The notes: a model not told the origin generated them from the letters alone. A DNA stretch of 64,000 nt from Eledone cirrhosa (GCA_964016885.1 OZ024742.1:370016001-370080000); one strand, 5' to 3'. Positions 1-12,890 are shown, numbered from the stretch's first letter. Numbers and translations are program-made.

Positions 1-91
1 TATTTATATTTTGAACTAAATATATTCTACAGTAGATCCTCAATTAATTCATCCCTATATACACATACACACATATATATATACACACATA

Positions 92-122
<31 letters not shown>

Positions 123-574
123 GTCTGTGTGTATAGGCTACCAATAGATTCTAACTATCTTCAAAATCTAATTACGATATTGAAAAAAAAAAATTTTTTT
201 AAATTAATATTTTCTTCAGTAAATCACAGAATAAGATAAAAATGCCTGAAAAAATAAGTCATAAAACCATAAAATCAGTAAATTTTAAGATATAACTTAG
301 ATACAGATAAACAATTTTTTTCCTTTATTTTTTTTTTGTTTTGTTTAAATGAAATTTATTGGATTAATAGATTGCACATAATTAGGAATACTGTTTATTA
401 TTATTATTACTGTATTATTATGCTCATGTTATGGCACAGAAATAGGCCTTGTTTTAAAATTCTTGCTCATTTGAAATAAATAAACATCCGTAGTTTAAAT
501 ATGACCAGAAAGGACCAAATAGCAATAATTATCAAATTATAATAATGACAATAATAATGATAAATGTAATAATT

Positions 575-1322
575 ATATATATATATATAGTGTAGCTGTA
601 CATATATAATTATGTATATATAATACAATATAACATGTTATATAAATATATATATATATATAGTGTAGCTATAAATATATAATTATGTATATATAATACA
701 ATATAACGTTATATAAATATATATATATATATAGCTATACATATATAATTATGTATATATAATACAATATAACATGTTATATAAATATATATATATAGTG
801 TAACTATACATATATAATTATGTATATATAATACAATATAACATATTATATAAATATATATATATAGTGTAGCTATAAATATATAATTATGTATATATAA
901 TACAATATAACATGTTATATAAATATATATATATATATATATAGCTATACATATATAATTATGTATATATAATACAATATAACATGTTATATAAATATAT
1001 ATATATAGTGTAGCTATACATATATTATTATGTATATATAATACAATATAACATGTTATATAAATATATATATAGTGTAGCTATACATATATTATTATGT
1101 ATATATAATACAATATAACATGTTATATAAATATATATATAGTGTAGCTATACATATATTATTATGTATATATAATACAATATAACATGTTATATAAATA
1201 TATATATAGTGTAGCTATACATATATTATTATGTATATATAATACAATATAACATGTTATATAAATATATATATAGTGTAGCTATACATATATTATTATG
1301 TATATATAATACAATGTTATAT
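575..1322. repeat. AT-rich minisatellite, unit of about 65-70 bp with a variable (TA)n tract
   Basis: About 11 tandem copies of GTGTAGCTATACATATA(T/A)TTATGTATATATAATACAATATAACATGTTATATAAA(TA)n. Confidence 0.9.
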
Positions 1323-2231
1323 ATTTTAAGCAGTGTAAACAAAAATAGAAACAAATGACAAAATAGAGTGAAAAGAAAAGGAAGACGAGATGTGGAGATG
1401 GACATTTTTGAAATTAAAGTAAAAATAAAAGATATCTGGAAGTTGGAGTATGAGGAGTAGGAGGAGGAGTAGGAGTGGTGGTAGGAGGAGGAGGAAGAGG
1501 AGTAGTGGTAGTAGGAGTAGAAGAGAAACAAAAATGGTTAAATTTTCAAAAATATCCGAAAACATTTTTTCTCAACTTTAGATGAGAATTGGAATGCTTA
1601 TTGATTAATTAGTTAATTAAGCAACTAATTACTTAAAACTTAATCAAAAATACCCCCCACCCCATTGTATTTAAAACTGAATTTCTCAGCAGCTTTACAG
1701 GTTTAGATAAATAATTGTTTCTAGTTTAGGGGGACACAAGGGGAGGTTGGGAAAGGGACACACGGGGAGGGGACACACGGGGGGGGGGGGGGGGGGGCAC
1801 AAGGAGAGGCGGAAGTTGGCTGGTATTTTACCGATTCCAGAAGTATGAATCGCAGAATTAACCATGGCAGGATCTGAACTCGGCCCGTAAAGAGCTAAAA
1901 GAGATATTGCAATGCATTTTGTCTGATGCTCTATCGATTCTGCAAATCCACCGCCCCTAGGGGTTTCAGTAAAAGGGAGAGGGAAGCAAAGAATACCCAC
2001 CAACTGGCCCCCACAAAGTATTTCAAGGAAGAGTAACCCCTCACCCAAGACATGTCAGACAGATAACCACCCTTCTTTAGAAATAAGGAATCATTTTAAG
2101 AAACAAAAACAAACAAATGAAAAAGGATTATTTTAAATAAAAATATTCGAAAACAGAAATAAAAGAGAAAGAACTGAGTTAATTACATTATAGAAGAGAT
2201 ATTTTAATTATTAAACAACATCCTAATTACT

Positions 2232-2390
2232 AAAACTGTTAAAGTCACTATACATTTAACATTTCATTGTGTCAACATTTTTACAGCCTGGTCACAATTC
2301 CTCTAACACTGTGACAGTGACCATGTCACAAAGAAACAAATGTTGACACCATGAAATAAATGATATATGTAAAGTGGATATAACAGTTTT
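2232..2390. mobile_element. Degenerate MITE-like foldback element
   Basis: Imperfect terminal inverted repeats of about 50 bp: AAAACTGTTA...CATTTCATTGTGTCAACATTT and AAATGTTGACACCATGAAAT...TAACAGTTTT. Confidence 0.55.
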
Positions 2391-2599
2391 GTGTGTGTGA
2401 TGTGTGTGGTGTGTGTGGTGTGTGTATGTATGTGTGTTTCAATGGTTAAACTAACTCATCTATAATGTAACTGCTTCAGTTTCAACCCACATCATCTCAA
2501 AATCAAGTCACTTGCAAAACAAGTACAACTTCGAAACATTTCTTTCTAACATGGAACAGTCCAACATCCCAAATGGATAGAATTGATTGAAATCAAGCC

Positions 2600-3082
2600 C
2601 AGCACTTGGCTGGTGCCTTATTTTACCAAAACCCACAGTAGGATTTGAACTCAGAATATAAAGAGTTAGAACAAATACTGCAAGGTATTTTATACGACCC
2701 TTTCATTCTACTGATTCACCATCCATAATAATAATTATTTCTACTTTAGGCAAAAGGCCAGCAATTTGAAGGGCAGGGGAAAGTCGACCCCAGAACATTA
2801 CTGGTACTTTATTTTATCAACCCCGTAAAGATGAAAGGCAAAGCTAACTTGATGGGATTTGAACTCAGAATATAAAGGGTCGTAAAATAATAATAATGAC
2901 ATGGCTCCTAATTTAGGTCAGCAATTTTTTTTAAGGGCGAGGGTGGTGATTGACTCCAGCTCTGGACAGGTATTTTATTTTAACTTTGGCAGGATTTGAA
3001 CTCAGAATGTAAAGGGCCGTAACTATATGCCACAAGGCATGTTGTCTGCTGCTCTAACAATTCTGCCAATCCACTACCATCC
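2600..3082 (-). mobile_element. Three stacked, degenerate tRNA-derived SINE copies (SINE-1 family)
   Basis: GGATTTGAACTCAGAA (B-box on the minus strand) occurs three times, with CTGGTACTTTATTTTATC..GATGAAAGGCAAAG body motifs shared with 3848-4023. Confidence 0.7.
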
Positions 3083-3533
3083 TTAATAATAATAATACTA
3101 ATAATGATTACGAAAAAATAATTATATACATCCCACAAATATTCAGAGAACCCATTTTGGCAATGGCAGCGGTGGTGGTGGTGGGAGGTGACCAGTCTTT
3201 AATGTTTCTGTAAACACCCCCCTCTCATACCTCCAACATGTCATTCTCTTATATATATATGTTTTTTTTATCCTTTTTCATTGTTTTTCTTTTATTGAAG
3301 GCAATTTTATTGATAAACTCTTCATGTTGATATTATTGTTGTAGTTGTGGCTGTTGTGTTTATAGTTGTTGTTGTTTGATCTTCTGGTAAGGTTTGAAAC
3401 CTTTATCAAGATATTGCAGACTAATAACTTTGCTGGCAACATGTCAAGAAGCAAGGAAACCATTTAGGGGAGATTTTTTTGGTTACCGATTCCAGTCGTA
3501 ATTTTTTTTTTTTTTTTTTTTTTTATTATTTCT

Positions 3534-3595
3534 TCAGTTGAAACTTGTGCAGTGATTATCTTTTACAAGGTAATCCATCCATTTATTGAGGGAAT
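3534..3595 (-). CDS. Candidate terminal coding exon of an unidentified host gene
   Basis: On the minus strand a ttattttccAG acceptor is followed by an open frame (x)DSLNKWMDYLVKDNHCTSFN-TGA in non-repetitive sequence. No homology recognised. Confidence 0.2.
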
Positions 3596-3647
3596 CTGGA
3601 AAATAAATATGAAAAATTAGAATATTTAAAAAAATTTTTTTTTTTTA

Positions 3648-3825
3648 TTGGCAGTATCGGTAGAGGGTCTGACACCATGCGTTGCAGCAACGAGTTACGG
3701 CCCTTTATGGTTTCAGTTCAAATCCCACCGAGGTTAACTTTTCCTTTAATCCTTATGGGGTCAATAAAATAAAGTACCAGTAATACACTGGAATAATTTG
3801 GCCTTGTGCCAAAAGTAGAAAAAAA
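3648..3825 (+). mobile_element. tRNA-derived SINE-1
   Basis: A-box-like TGGCAGTATCGG, B-box-like GTTCAAATCC, body GAGGTTAACTTTTCCTTTAATCC..AAAATAAAGTACCAG, 3' end GGCCTTGTGCCAAAAGTAGAAA. Confidence 0.85.
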
Positions 3826-3847
3826 CAAAATTAGAAGTAATAAATAA

Positions 3848-4023
3848 TTGTTTCTACTTTAGGCACAAGGCCAGCAATTACCCAGTACATTACTGGTACT
3901 TTATTTTATCGACCTCCGTAAGGATGAAAGGCAAAGTTAACCTCAGCGGGATTTGAACTGAAACCATAAAGGGACGTAACTATGCTAGAAAACATGGCGT
4001 CCAACCCTCTACCGATACTGCCA
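3848..4023 (-). mobile_element. tRNA-derived SINE-1, tail-to-tail with 3648-3825
   Basis: Reverse complement of the same A-box/B-box/body layout. Another degenerate copy follows at about 4035-4245. Confidence 0.85.
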
Positions 4024-5204
4024 AATAATAATAGTTTCTACATGTGGCACAAGGCCAGCAATTTAAAAGGGAGGGGAAAGTCAATTAAATCGACCCTAGT
4101 GTGTTACAGGTACTTTATTTTATAGATGCCAGAAGGATGAAAGGTAAAGTTGACTTCAGCAAGATTTGAACCCAGAATGTAATTGACCAAAAAAACAAAA
4201 TAAATCTGTCAACCATTTCTGTGTCAACCGAGCCAATAACAATTGTTTCTATTGTGACACAAGACCAGCAATTTTGAGAGTAGAAGTCAATACATTTCTC
4301 ATCCATTCACAACCCACCCCTACATAGCTTTAACCCTTTAGCATTTAAACTGGCCATATCCGTCCAGAATTCTCTCACCTCTTTCTGACCAAACCAGGTC
4401 TTGTTCTCAAAATATCAAAATCTCATAAATTCGATATGTGAGATAATTATGTGAGGCAAAGCCTTTATTGTGAAAATACAATAGTATATATAGAGTAATG
4501 TAAATGTTATGTGAGATATTATGTGAGGTAAAGCCTTTACTGTGAAAATACAATAGTATATATAGAGTAATGTAAATGTTATGTGAGATAATTATGTGAG
4601 GTAAAGCCTTTACTGTGACAATACAATAGTATATATAGAGTAATGTAAATGTTATGTGAGATAATTATGTGAGGTAAAGCCTTTACTGTGAAAATACAAT
4701 AGTATATATAGAGTAATGTAAATGCTATGTGAGATATTATGTGAGGTAAAGCCTTTACTGTGAAAATACAATAGTATATATAGAGTAATGTAAATGTTAT
4801 GTGAGATATTATGTGAGGTAAAGCCTTTACTGTGTAAATACAATAGTATATATAGAGTAATGTAAATGTTATGTGAGATATTATATGAGGTAAAGCCTTT
4901 ACTGTGAAAATACAATAGTATATATAGAGTAATGTAAATGTTATGTGGGATATTATGTGAGGTAAAGCCTTTACTGTGAAAATACAATAGTATATATAGA
5001 GTAATGTAAATGTTATGTGAGATATTATGTGAGGTAAAGCCTTTACTGTGTAAATACAATAGTATATATAGAGTAATGTAAATGTTATGCGGGATATTAT
5101 GTGAGGTAAAGCCTTTACTGTGAAAATACAATAGTATATATAGAGTAATGTAAATGTTATGTGAGATAATTATGTGAGGTAAAGCCATTACTGTGAAAAT
5201 ACAA

Positions 5205-6028
5205 TCTATATATATAAAACTGTGGTTGTCTGTCTGTCTATCGATTTTTGGCACACATCTCCTCTTAGAATCTCTCACGGAATTGCACCGAAATTGCTAT
5301 ACTTGTACATTGAGCCCTAGCGAAGACATCGGAAAAAAAAAAATTTCAAATTGACCCACCCTATGTGACGAAATCGAATATAATGTATCGATTTTTGAGC
5401 GTAAGTTATCAGTTATTTCCCTTTGTTCTGTTTACATTGAGCGTCTTACGTAAAAAATTACGCTGGCTTTAACAGTTGTCGAGCCAGCAAAATATTGACC
5501 TGCAAAATTCATCAGTTCGAACACTAAGCTTCCGTTTTGCTTCATTTCCATTTAAAAGCATTTTAAAACAATATTTTTACTTGAAAACAAGTCTATTTAA
5601 AGACTACGTAAAACAAGCAAATATTTCGTCGTTAGGCGTGCAGACAGACAGTCGTGCAGACAGACAGTCGTGCAGACAGACAGACAGTTGTGCCGAGAGG
5701 TGATATAGGCGTGCAGACAGACATAACTGATAATTTGGTTACGCTAATGTTTTTCTCTGCGTTGCAGTGTTTACATTTTCGATCTTTGTTAATAAATAAC
5801 CAGTGCAGTTTCTATCCCCAGCATCCTCTTTTGTTATAACATTCGGGTTATCGTTATGTTTTCTTAACTTCATAAGGCATATTGTTGGTTGAGGGAATAT
5901 TAATCAAAAACACCACATGCAAGTCTGCACAGTAGACACTACAGTTTTTAAGCCAAGAAAGAAACTTAACATTGTAACTTTAACACAGCTACTGAGCGAC
6001 CCCGAGCAACGCCGGGCTTTACTGCTAG
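5205..6028 (+). mobile_element. Non-autonomous Helitron (824 bp)
   Basis: Starts 5'-TC (TCTATATATATAAAAC) and ends CTAG-3'. Has a subterminal hairpin CCCGAGCAACGCCGGG (6001-6016). Inserted between A and T of the array unit (ACAA|TAGTAT) with no TSD. Contains internal (GACA)n tracts. Confidence 0.9.
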
Positions 6029-6629
6029 TAGTATATATAGAGTAATGTAAATATTATGTGAGGTAAAGCCTTTACTGTGAAAATACAATAGTATATATAG
6101 AGTAATGTAAATGTTATGCGAGATAATTATGTGAGGTAACGCCTTTACTGTGAAAATACAATGGTATATATAGAGTAATGTAAATGTTATGTGAGATATT
6201 ATGTGAGGTAAAGCCTTTACTGTGACAATACAATAGTATATATAGAGTAATGTAAATGTTATGTGAGATATTATGTGAGGTAAAGTCTTTACTGTGACAA
6301 TACAATAGTATATATAGAGTAATGTAAATGTTATGTGAGATATTATGTGAGGTAAAGCCTTTACTGTGACAATACAATAGTATATATAGAGTGATTTCTT
6401 TATTTGCCACCAGGGCACAAAAGGTAGGGACAGATACAAGGGGGGAAGTTTACATATAATTAACGAGTACAAAAATATAACAATGAAATAACAACAACAA
6501 ACGAAGTCCTCAATAGGGAGGGGGCATTAACATGGGTCGCACACACCCCGGAAAAAATGTGCAACCCTTCTCCTTAGGAGCACAAAGAGTAGGTGCTTCC
6601 CTCGTCTCCTCTTTTTCCTCTTCTTTCAC

Positions 6630-9600
6630 CTACAGGCTGATATAGAGAGAAGACCCATTCACTCTGGCCATTCTCCCTACTTTCACCCACCTTTCATAAA
6701 ACTTGCTGGGGTAGAGCACCTCTCTTTCCATTCTGATCCTTCTTTTAAAATGGTATTTGAAAAAGGGGACCAGTTGTTGGCCGGAGAGAAAGGTGTCTGA
6801 CCTCAGCCCTTTCAGCCTCGTCCACCATACAACTTCTTTAGCCATGGCTATCACACAGAGAAAAACCGCCTCTCCTTCGTTTTTGAAAGGGGGAGGCGGT
6901 TTGATCGTGACAATGGACTCGGTGGTCAACCGGATTGGTCCCACCCTCGACAGTAGTCGTTCCACATAGCCCCACAGGTCAGCAATGCCTGGGCAGTGTA
7001 CGAATGCGTGCGCAACGGTTTCGTCGTCATGCACGCATCTCGGACAGATCTTATTCAAAGGATCCCTACCCAGGCTCCCATGCCTGTGGAGCTTGTCTCG
7101 AACGGGTAGAGCCCCCTCGGTAGCACTGCCAAGCCAGGGACTTTTGGAAGTTGTCCATCGGTCCAGGGCCAAACGTCCTACCGAACAGACTGGCCAGTTC
7201 ATCTTCCTCCATGCCTAGAGCTTCTCCGAGAGCATCATCGCACCTGCTGCGTACCAACCCTCTATAGAATGTCGAGGTGGAGTCTCCACTGATTGCCGGG
7301 TCCGCTTTCCAGAGGGCCGTGAGCGCCTGGGCACATTCAATGTGCCAGTCGCCCACTTTTCTCGGTCTTTGCTTGACCCAGGATTGCAGCTCGGTGAGCG
7401 AGACGAGTCTGGGAAAGGCTCGCCTCACAAACGGGGCCCACACCGGTTGACCGGTGAGGAATACCTGGAGGTGCCGTAGCCTTAATGCATGTTTACGCAT
7501 CTGTAGCCACGGCATCCCCAGCCCTCCTTTCGAAGGGTGTTGACAGCAGATGGATCTCCTCACCAAAGGGGTCCGCTTGTTCCAAAGAAATTGGAACAGC
7601 GCGCACTCCATTTTGGCGAGTCTTTTCACTGGGCAAGGCACGACGGTCAAGCGGTAGTAGATGACGGATGCTATATAAGCATTCGCCACCTCCGCTCGAC
7701 CTTTCAGGGATAGTTTGCACTGGGCCCACTTCTGGGTGAGTGCAAACACCCTGGCCGTTACCTCATTCCAGTTTTTCTCCACCTGGAGGTCTGGTCCGAA
7801 CCAGACCCCAAGCAGCTTCACCGGGCCCTCCGTCCAGCGTCCGACGACGTCATTGGAGGGCATCGGTTTGCCTCTCCATGTTCCGAGTTGCAAACTGATG
7901 GACTTGTCCCGGTTAAGCTTGGCTCCTGTAAACCTTTCATATTCCTCCAGTAAGGTGCCGATCTCACCGATTTGCGAGGTTTTCGACACCATTACTGTCA
8001 CGTCATCGGCGTAGGCCGACGCCGCTTTCTGCAATCCCGGTTCCAAAGGGATGCCCTGCAACCGCTCCAACTTCCGCAGTAGTGGCTCAAGAGCCAGCAC
8101 ATACAGAAGGGAGGAGAGAGGGCATCCCTCTCGGATGGATCGCATGATTTGGAACGTCTCCGAGAGCTGGCCGTTCACCTTGACCCTTGAGCAGACGTTG
8201 CTGCTGTGCATCGCAGCAATCCAACCCCTGAAAACGGGTCCGAAGCCTGCCGCCGCGAGCACCGCATCCAGGTAACGATGGTCAACCCTATCGAAAGCTT
8301 TAGATTGATCCAAGTTGATCAGGGCCCCATCAAAGCCGGGTTCATTCCCTACCCTCTCTATGATGTATCCCATAAGGTGGAGATTGTGGTGAATGGACCT
8401 GGACGGGATTGCGCATGTCTGCGCTTCTCCCACAAGGTTTCCGACGACAAGCGCCAACCTCTTCGCTAACACCTTGGCCAAAATCTTTAACTCTGCATTT
8501 AGCAGAGTTATGGGCCTGAAGTTACTTATGTCATCCCCCTTGTTCTCGTCCTTCCTCACCAGCGTAACTACGCCCTTGGTCACAGAACTGGGAATTCTCC
8601 CGTTCTGCTGCCAGTTGCAGTAGACCGCTTCGAGGATATCAGAGAACAAGTCCGGCATCGCTACATATAGCTTGTATGGTAGACCATCGAGACCCGGGGA
8701 TTTGCGTTTTCCGCATTGGCTCAGCGCCGCCCCTATCTCAGCAGCTGAAATCGGCCTTTTGCAGGACTTCGCCTCTGCGTCCGAGACGCGCGGCAGACCG
8801 TCGAGGTATGGATTGAAATCCAGTCTCACCCAGCGCTCCGCCCCTCTCGAACAGTCGTGCAAAGTGCCGAACATCTGCCCAGGTTCAAGGATCACACGCC
8901 CATCCTGGCCCTTCAAAGACTGAATCGTGGACTTGTTCCCACTTTTTGCCCCTGTCACTCGGGCCCAGCTCACAGCTTTGGCTCCCTCATTACCCAGAGC
9001 ACGTACTTTACTCCTGACAACGCAGCCTTCATGCTTCACCTCAAAGAACTGGTCTAAGGCCATTCTTGATGTCAGCACGCCAGCTACATTGCCACTCCTA
9101 ATCGCCTCTTCTACTCTATCTACTAATTCCCTTTCCGTCTTGTTCCTATCCCTTGCTAATTCCTGACTAAAACCTATCGATTCTATTCTAATTGCTCTCT
9201 TAAGAGAGCTCCACCACCTGTTATTGACAATTGCCCCTGTCAAACTCTGCTTAACTAACGTGCTAATACGTTTACTGTAAGCTTTGCTTGTCAGTAAGGA
9301 CAAGTTCAGCTTCCAGTAACCGGGTCCCTGTCTATGGGTTCTATCAAGGTTGGCTATGCAGGTCACTAACTTGTGATCCGAATAGTCAACCATGAACATT
9401 TTTGGACAGCTAAATGTGTCCCTATCCTTCTCTCTAACTAGGACCCTATCTAGGTACGACCTAGATGTTCCGCTGCGATTGGTCCACGTCCATAGTGGTA
9501 CAGTCGGAAAATCTAGTCGATATCTATCGGCCAGGTCAAATCGGCCGATTAACCTTTGGAGGCTTTTACACCCCCCTCTATTGGCACATGCCCCTACATA

Positions 9601-10041
9601 GTCCCAACGTGCATCCAGGATACCATTCCACTCCCCCACTAAAAGCAAGGAACGGGACGTTCCCAGACGTTGGAAGTATTCCGGCCGCGCTGCCCAAAAA
9701 GGGGCGTACACAGCAATTAGTCTAAGGGCTCCACTTTCACTACTGCCGACGTCTAAAACCACCAGTCGACCCTCCGGGTCCAGGTGCACCTTCTGTATGG
9801 CGAGGCCCAGGTGTTTTCGCAGCAGAACGACAACTCCACCCCCACCCCCCGGTTGACAGAGAGATGCGAAGATCTCAAAGTCGTCGAAGAGGGGCGCCAG
9901 TTGGTGCTCGCTGCTGATCCTGGACTCGCAAATAGCCATTACATCCATTCTATGCGACCTGAGATCGTTTAAAAGTTTGCCTTGTTTCCAAGACAGTCCC
10001 AGGCCGCGCACATTCAGACACCCAACTCTTATATCAGCCAT
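6630..10041 (-). CDS. Tx1 ORF2: APE endonuclease, reverse transcriptase and C-terminal zinc motif, with one frameshift near 7115
   Basis: ORF 7066-10041 has LNVRGL, ICES, YAP, SYLDR, SDH, KSPGLDG, FRPITLLN, DQSKAFDRVDH, EGCPLS and YADD. The C-terminus continues in ORF 6630-7202 (CPRC..ETVAHAFVHC). Confidence 0.9.
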
Positions 10042-10062
10042 GTTGGTTAAAAGAGGAAGGAC

Positions 10063-11815
10063 CTACCTGTTCGGCTCCTGAGGAGCAGGTTGCACAATAT
10101 CCATGGGCGTATTGGAGGGGTTGTTTGGTGGGGTGTTGTTCTGTGGTGGGGTGGGGGTGTTTGGTGAGGTGTGGGTGTCTTGGGTGTGGGTGGGGAAACG
10201 TTTCAAGAGGACGCGGTTATAGGCTCGAGTACATGTTTTCCCCACGACCTGAGGAAAGTTCTCTCTTAGTTTTGCATAGGTGTCCATTGGGAGTCTTATC
10301 ATTTTTAAATGCGGTTTGTTGGCCGCGCTTGCAAAGAATTGCCCTTCAGTTACCACCGAAGGGTCTTTGTATATTGTTTTTACTAGTTCTTTGTTATTTG
10401 TGTTAATGTATGTATACTGTTTTATTTGTGTTGTGTTTGTTTGTTTGTTGTTCTTGTGTGTGCTTGCATTTTGTTGTATGTGTTATGTTTTGGGGTGGGG
10501 TGGTTTTTATTTGTTCTGTTTGTTTTGATTTTGTTGGTGGTTGTGTGTTTGTTTCGTTTATGTTCATGTGGTGTTTTCTTTTTTTTCTTTTTTCAGGTTG
10601 GAAGGGTTCCCCCTCTTCGTCACTAGGTGCCGTTTCAGCTGGATCCTCGTCCGTGCTGTCGGGTAGTGGTGTATTTTGGGGTTTTGTTGTGTTTGTGTGT
10701 GTTTTTGGAGTTGTTTTGGGTGGGACCGTGTCTTGTGTTATTTTTTCGTGTTGTTTTTGTTGTTGTTGTGGTGGTGGCAGTGGTGGTGGTGTGTGGGGTG
10801 TAGGCAAAAGAGCCTTTTTTTTATTTGTCAATTGAGGACAGGCAGCCCTTAGATGACCCCTGCTTGAACAGTAGTAACATATGGGCCTCCTACCCTCGGC
10901 TGAAATGTATATAAATGTTTCTCCATCGAGGGACACCCTCTGTGGTATTCTAGCTATTCGTTCTGGTCTCATTTGGACCAGAACCTTCACGCTCAAACTG
11001 CCGAAAATGTCTGTGGTGACTTCTCCTACTGAGAGGATTCCGTCCTCGTCTTCTAAAAATCCTGTTAGTACCCAGGAAATGCATGCATTTGGCCGGATTC
11101 TGGAGACTCTTATTTCTTGAGTTCTTTTCCCCAAATATGTGGGAAAAAATGTGTGTAGCTTGGAAACAATTGGCGACACAGAGTATTTCCTGGCCGTCAA
11201 TTGATCCTTCATTAGCACTGTTATATTCCCATAAAGTGGCCCTTTTTGTATGAACGATATATCACTCCACACATTTTTTAGGACCAGCTCAATTTCTTTT
11301 TGGGATAATTACGCTGGTTTCCTTGTTATGTTGGAAATTGTTCTGAAAGATATCGTTCTTAGTGTCGTGTCTCTTTTGATTTCTTGTGGGGAGGTGATTG
11401 TGAAGTCTCCTCCTTTTTTGAAAGTTACATACTGTTTTGCTTCCTTCATCTTTTCTCTCAGAGTTGTAATGTCCAGTTGCTTGCAGGTCTGTGTTTTTCG
11501 GACCGCCTGTGCAAAGGAGGCACCAGTAGTGGGTTCGCTTTGTTTGGTGTTATCGTTATTTTTTCCTTGATTGGTGTTGTGACTATTGCTGTTGTTGGTC
11601 GTGCTGTTATTGTCATTGTTATTTTTGTCTGCGTTTATGTTACTTTCTGGGTTTTCACCCATTTTTACAAATTTTTCTTTTAATTCCGTGTTCCATGTTT
11701 CTTTTGCAGAAGTGAGGAGGGAAGACTTAGAGCATTGTGCTTCTAGATTCTCTGTATCACCTTTCTTAGGGGGCGTGGCTTTCTCGTTAGGATGAGATGT
11801 GAAAATTCCGTCCAT
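10063..11815 (-). pseudogene. Tx1 ORF1, gag-like zinc-knuckle protein, disrupted
   Basis: CYYCSSRGHLRAAC is a CX2CX4HX4C knuckle, and there is an SFAQAV motif. In-frame TAA at 11309-11311 and a frameshift near 10400. Confidence 0.8.
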
Positions 11816-12269
11816 TTCTATCAGTTTGCCGTAATGAATTTTTAAATGTAAAATTCGCCCCAAAAAGGGGCGAAAATAAATAAACTCAAAGTCTGACGAC
11901 CCAGGCAAGGGGTTAACGTATAATACAGTACAAAAACAATAAATCAAAACTCACTTTTGAGTAAGTAAATCCAACTCGGTAGCCGAGCTTGTTAACACAC
12001 GTCAACACACGTCTCTCGTATACAAGATGTTATGTGAGATATTATGTGAGGTAAAGCCTTTACTGTGAAAATACAATAGTATATATAGAGTAATGTAAAT
12101 GTTATGAGTGATATTATGTAAGGTAAAGACTTTACTCTATATATACTATTGTATTTTCACAGTAATGTGAATGTTAAAGGGTTAAATCTATTTCCTTATT
12201 CTAATGTAAGTTTATGGTTGTTGTTGCTATTGTTGTACACAGGTATGACTGAATAGTTTAGTCACAAGT

Positions 12270-12465
12270 TTAGTTCTACAGTAAGACATCTTAGACAGAT
12301 GTATTACATGGTTTAGTTAAACAGTAAGACATCTTAGACAAATGTCTTAGTTTAGTTAGACAGTAAGACATCTTAGACAATTGTCTTAGTTTAGTTAGAC
12401 AGTAAGACATCTTAGACAATTGTCTTAGTTTAGTTAGACAGCAAGACATCTTAGACAATTGTGTT
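12270..12465. repeat. 40-bp minisatellite inside a decayed SINE-like sequence
   Basis: 4-5 copies of TTTAGTTAGACAGTAAGACATCTTAGACAATTGTCTTAG. Confidence 0.85.
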
Positions 12466-12564
12466 TTACCATAGCCTCAGGTTAACCCAGCCTTGTCAGT
12501 GAAAGTTGGTAGATGGAAGTTTTATGGAAATCCATCTCAAGTTATGAGGCTAATCAGGCCAGTG

Positions 12565-12793
12565 CTTAGATTGGTTTCCGTGGTGTTAAGCAGCTGAGAG
12601 TACAAGATTCTCCCTTGGACAGGGCACCAGTCCACCAGTTATTACTGGTACTCATTTTCAATTTAATTTACTGGAGAAAACATGAAATAAAATGTTTTGC
12701 TGAAGAACCCAACACACAACCCAGTCCAAGAATTGAACCCTCAACATTATAATTGCAAGTCCAACACCCTTACCACTAGGTCACACACCTCCA
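12565..12793 (-). mobile_element. Degenerate tRNA-derived CORE-type SINE
   Basis: Minus-strand head TGGAGGTGTGTGACCTAGTGGTAAGGGTGTTGGACTTGCAAT..GGGTTCAATTC is homologous to the head at 58571. Confidence 0.7.
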
Positions 12794-12890
12794 CCCAGGT
12801 GGTGGTACCTGCAGTAGTACCCTGGTGGATGGTCTGTACTTGTAATTCAATGGTGCAGTCTTGTACCACTGTGTTATGATGTTAACACTT

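Larger units (their letters stand above)
6393..12026 (-). mobile_element. Near full-length Tx1/L1-clade non-LTR retrotransposon
   Basis: Two-ORF layout (ORF1 with CCHC knuckle; ORF2 with APE, RT and C-terminal Cys/His motif), 5' and 3' UTRs, AATAAA just before the 3' end. Flanked on both sides by the 72-bp array. Confidence 0.92.
4436..12165. repeat. 72-bp minisatellite in three blocks (4436-5204, 6029-6392, 12027-12165)
   Basis: Unit ATGTGAGATATTATGTGAGGTAAAGCCTTTACTGTGAAAATACAATAGTATATATAGAGTAATGTAAATGTT. The array resumes after each of the two insertions. Confidence 0.95.
4330..12185. mobile_element. TTAA-flanked (piggyBac-type) MITE inflated by an internal array and two nested insertions
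   Basis: Left end TTAA-CCCTTTAGCATT (4330-4345) and right end AATGTTAAAGGG-TTAA (12170-12185) form a 12-bp TIR with 1 mismatch and a TTAA target duplication. Confidence 0.65.

Noticed and set aside
1440-1800. GAG/GTAG-rich ORFs and a G-run (possible G-quadruplex)
   Set aside because: Low-complexity sequence with no supporting gene or promoter context.
4652-6472. Repetitive HSKGFTSHNI ORFs
   Set aside because: They are translations of the 72-bp (multiple of 3) minisatellite.
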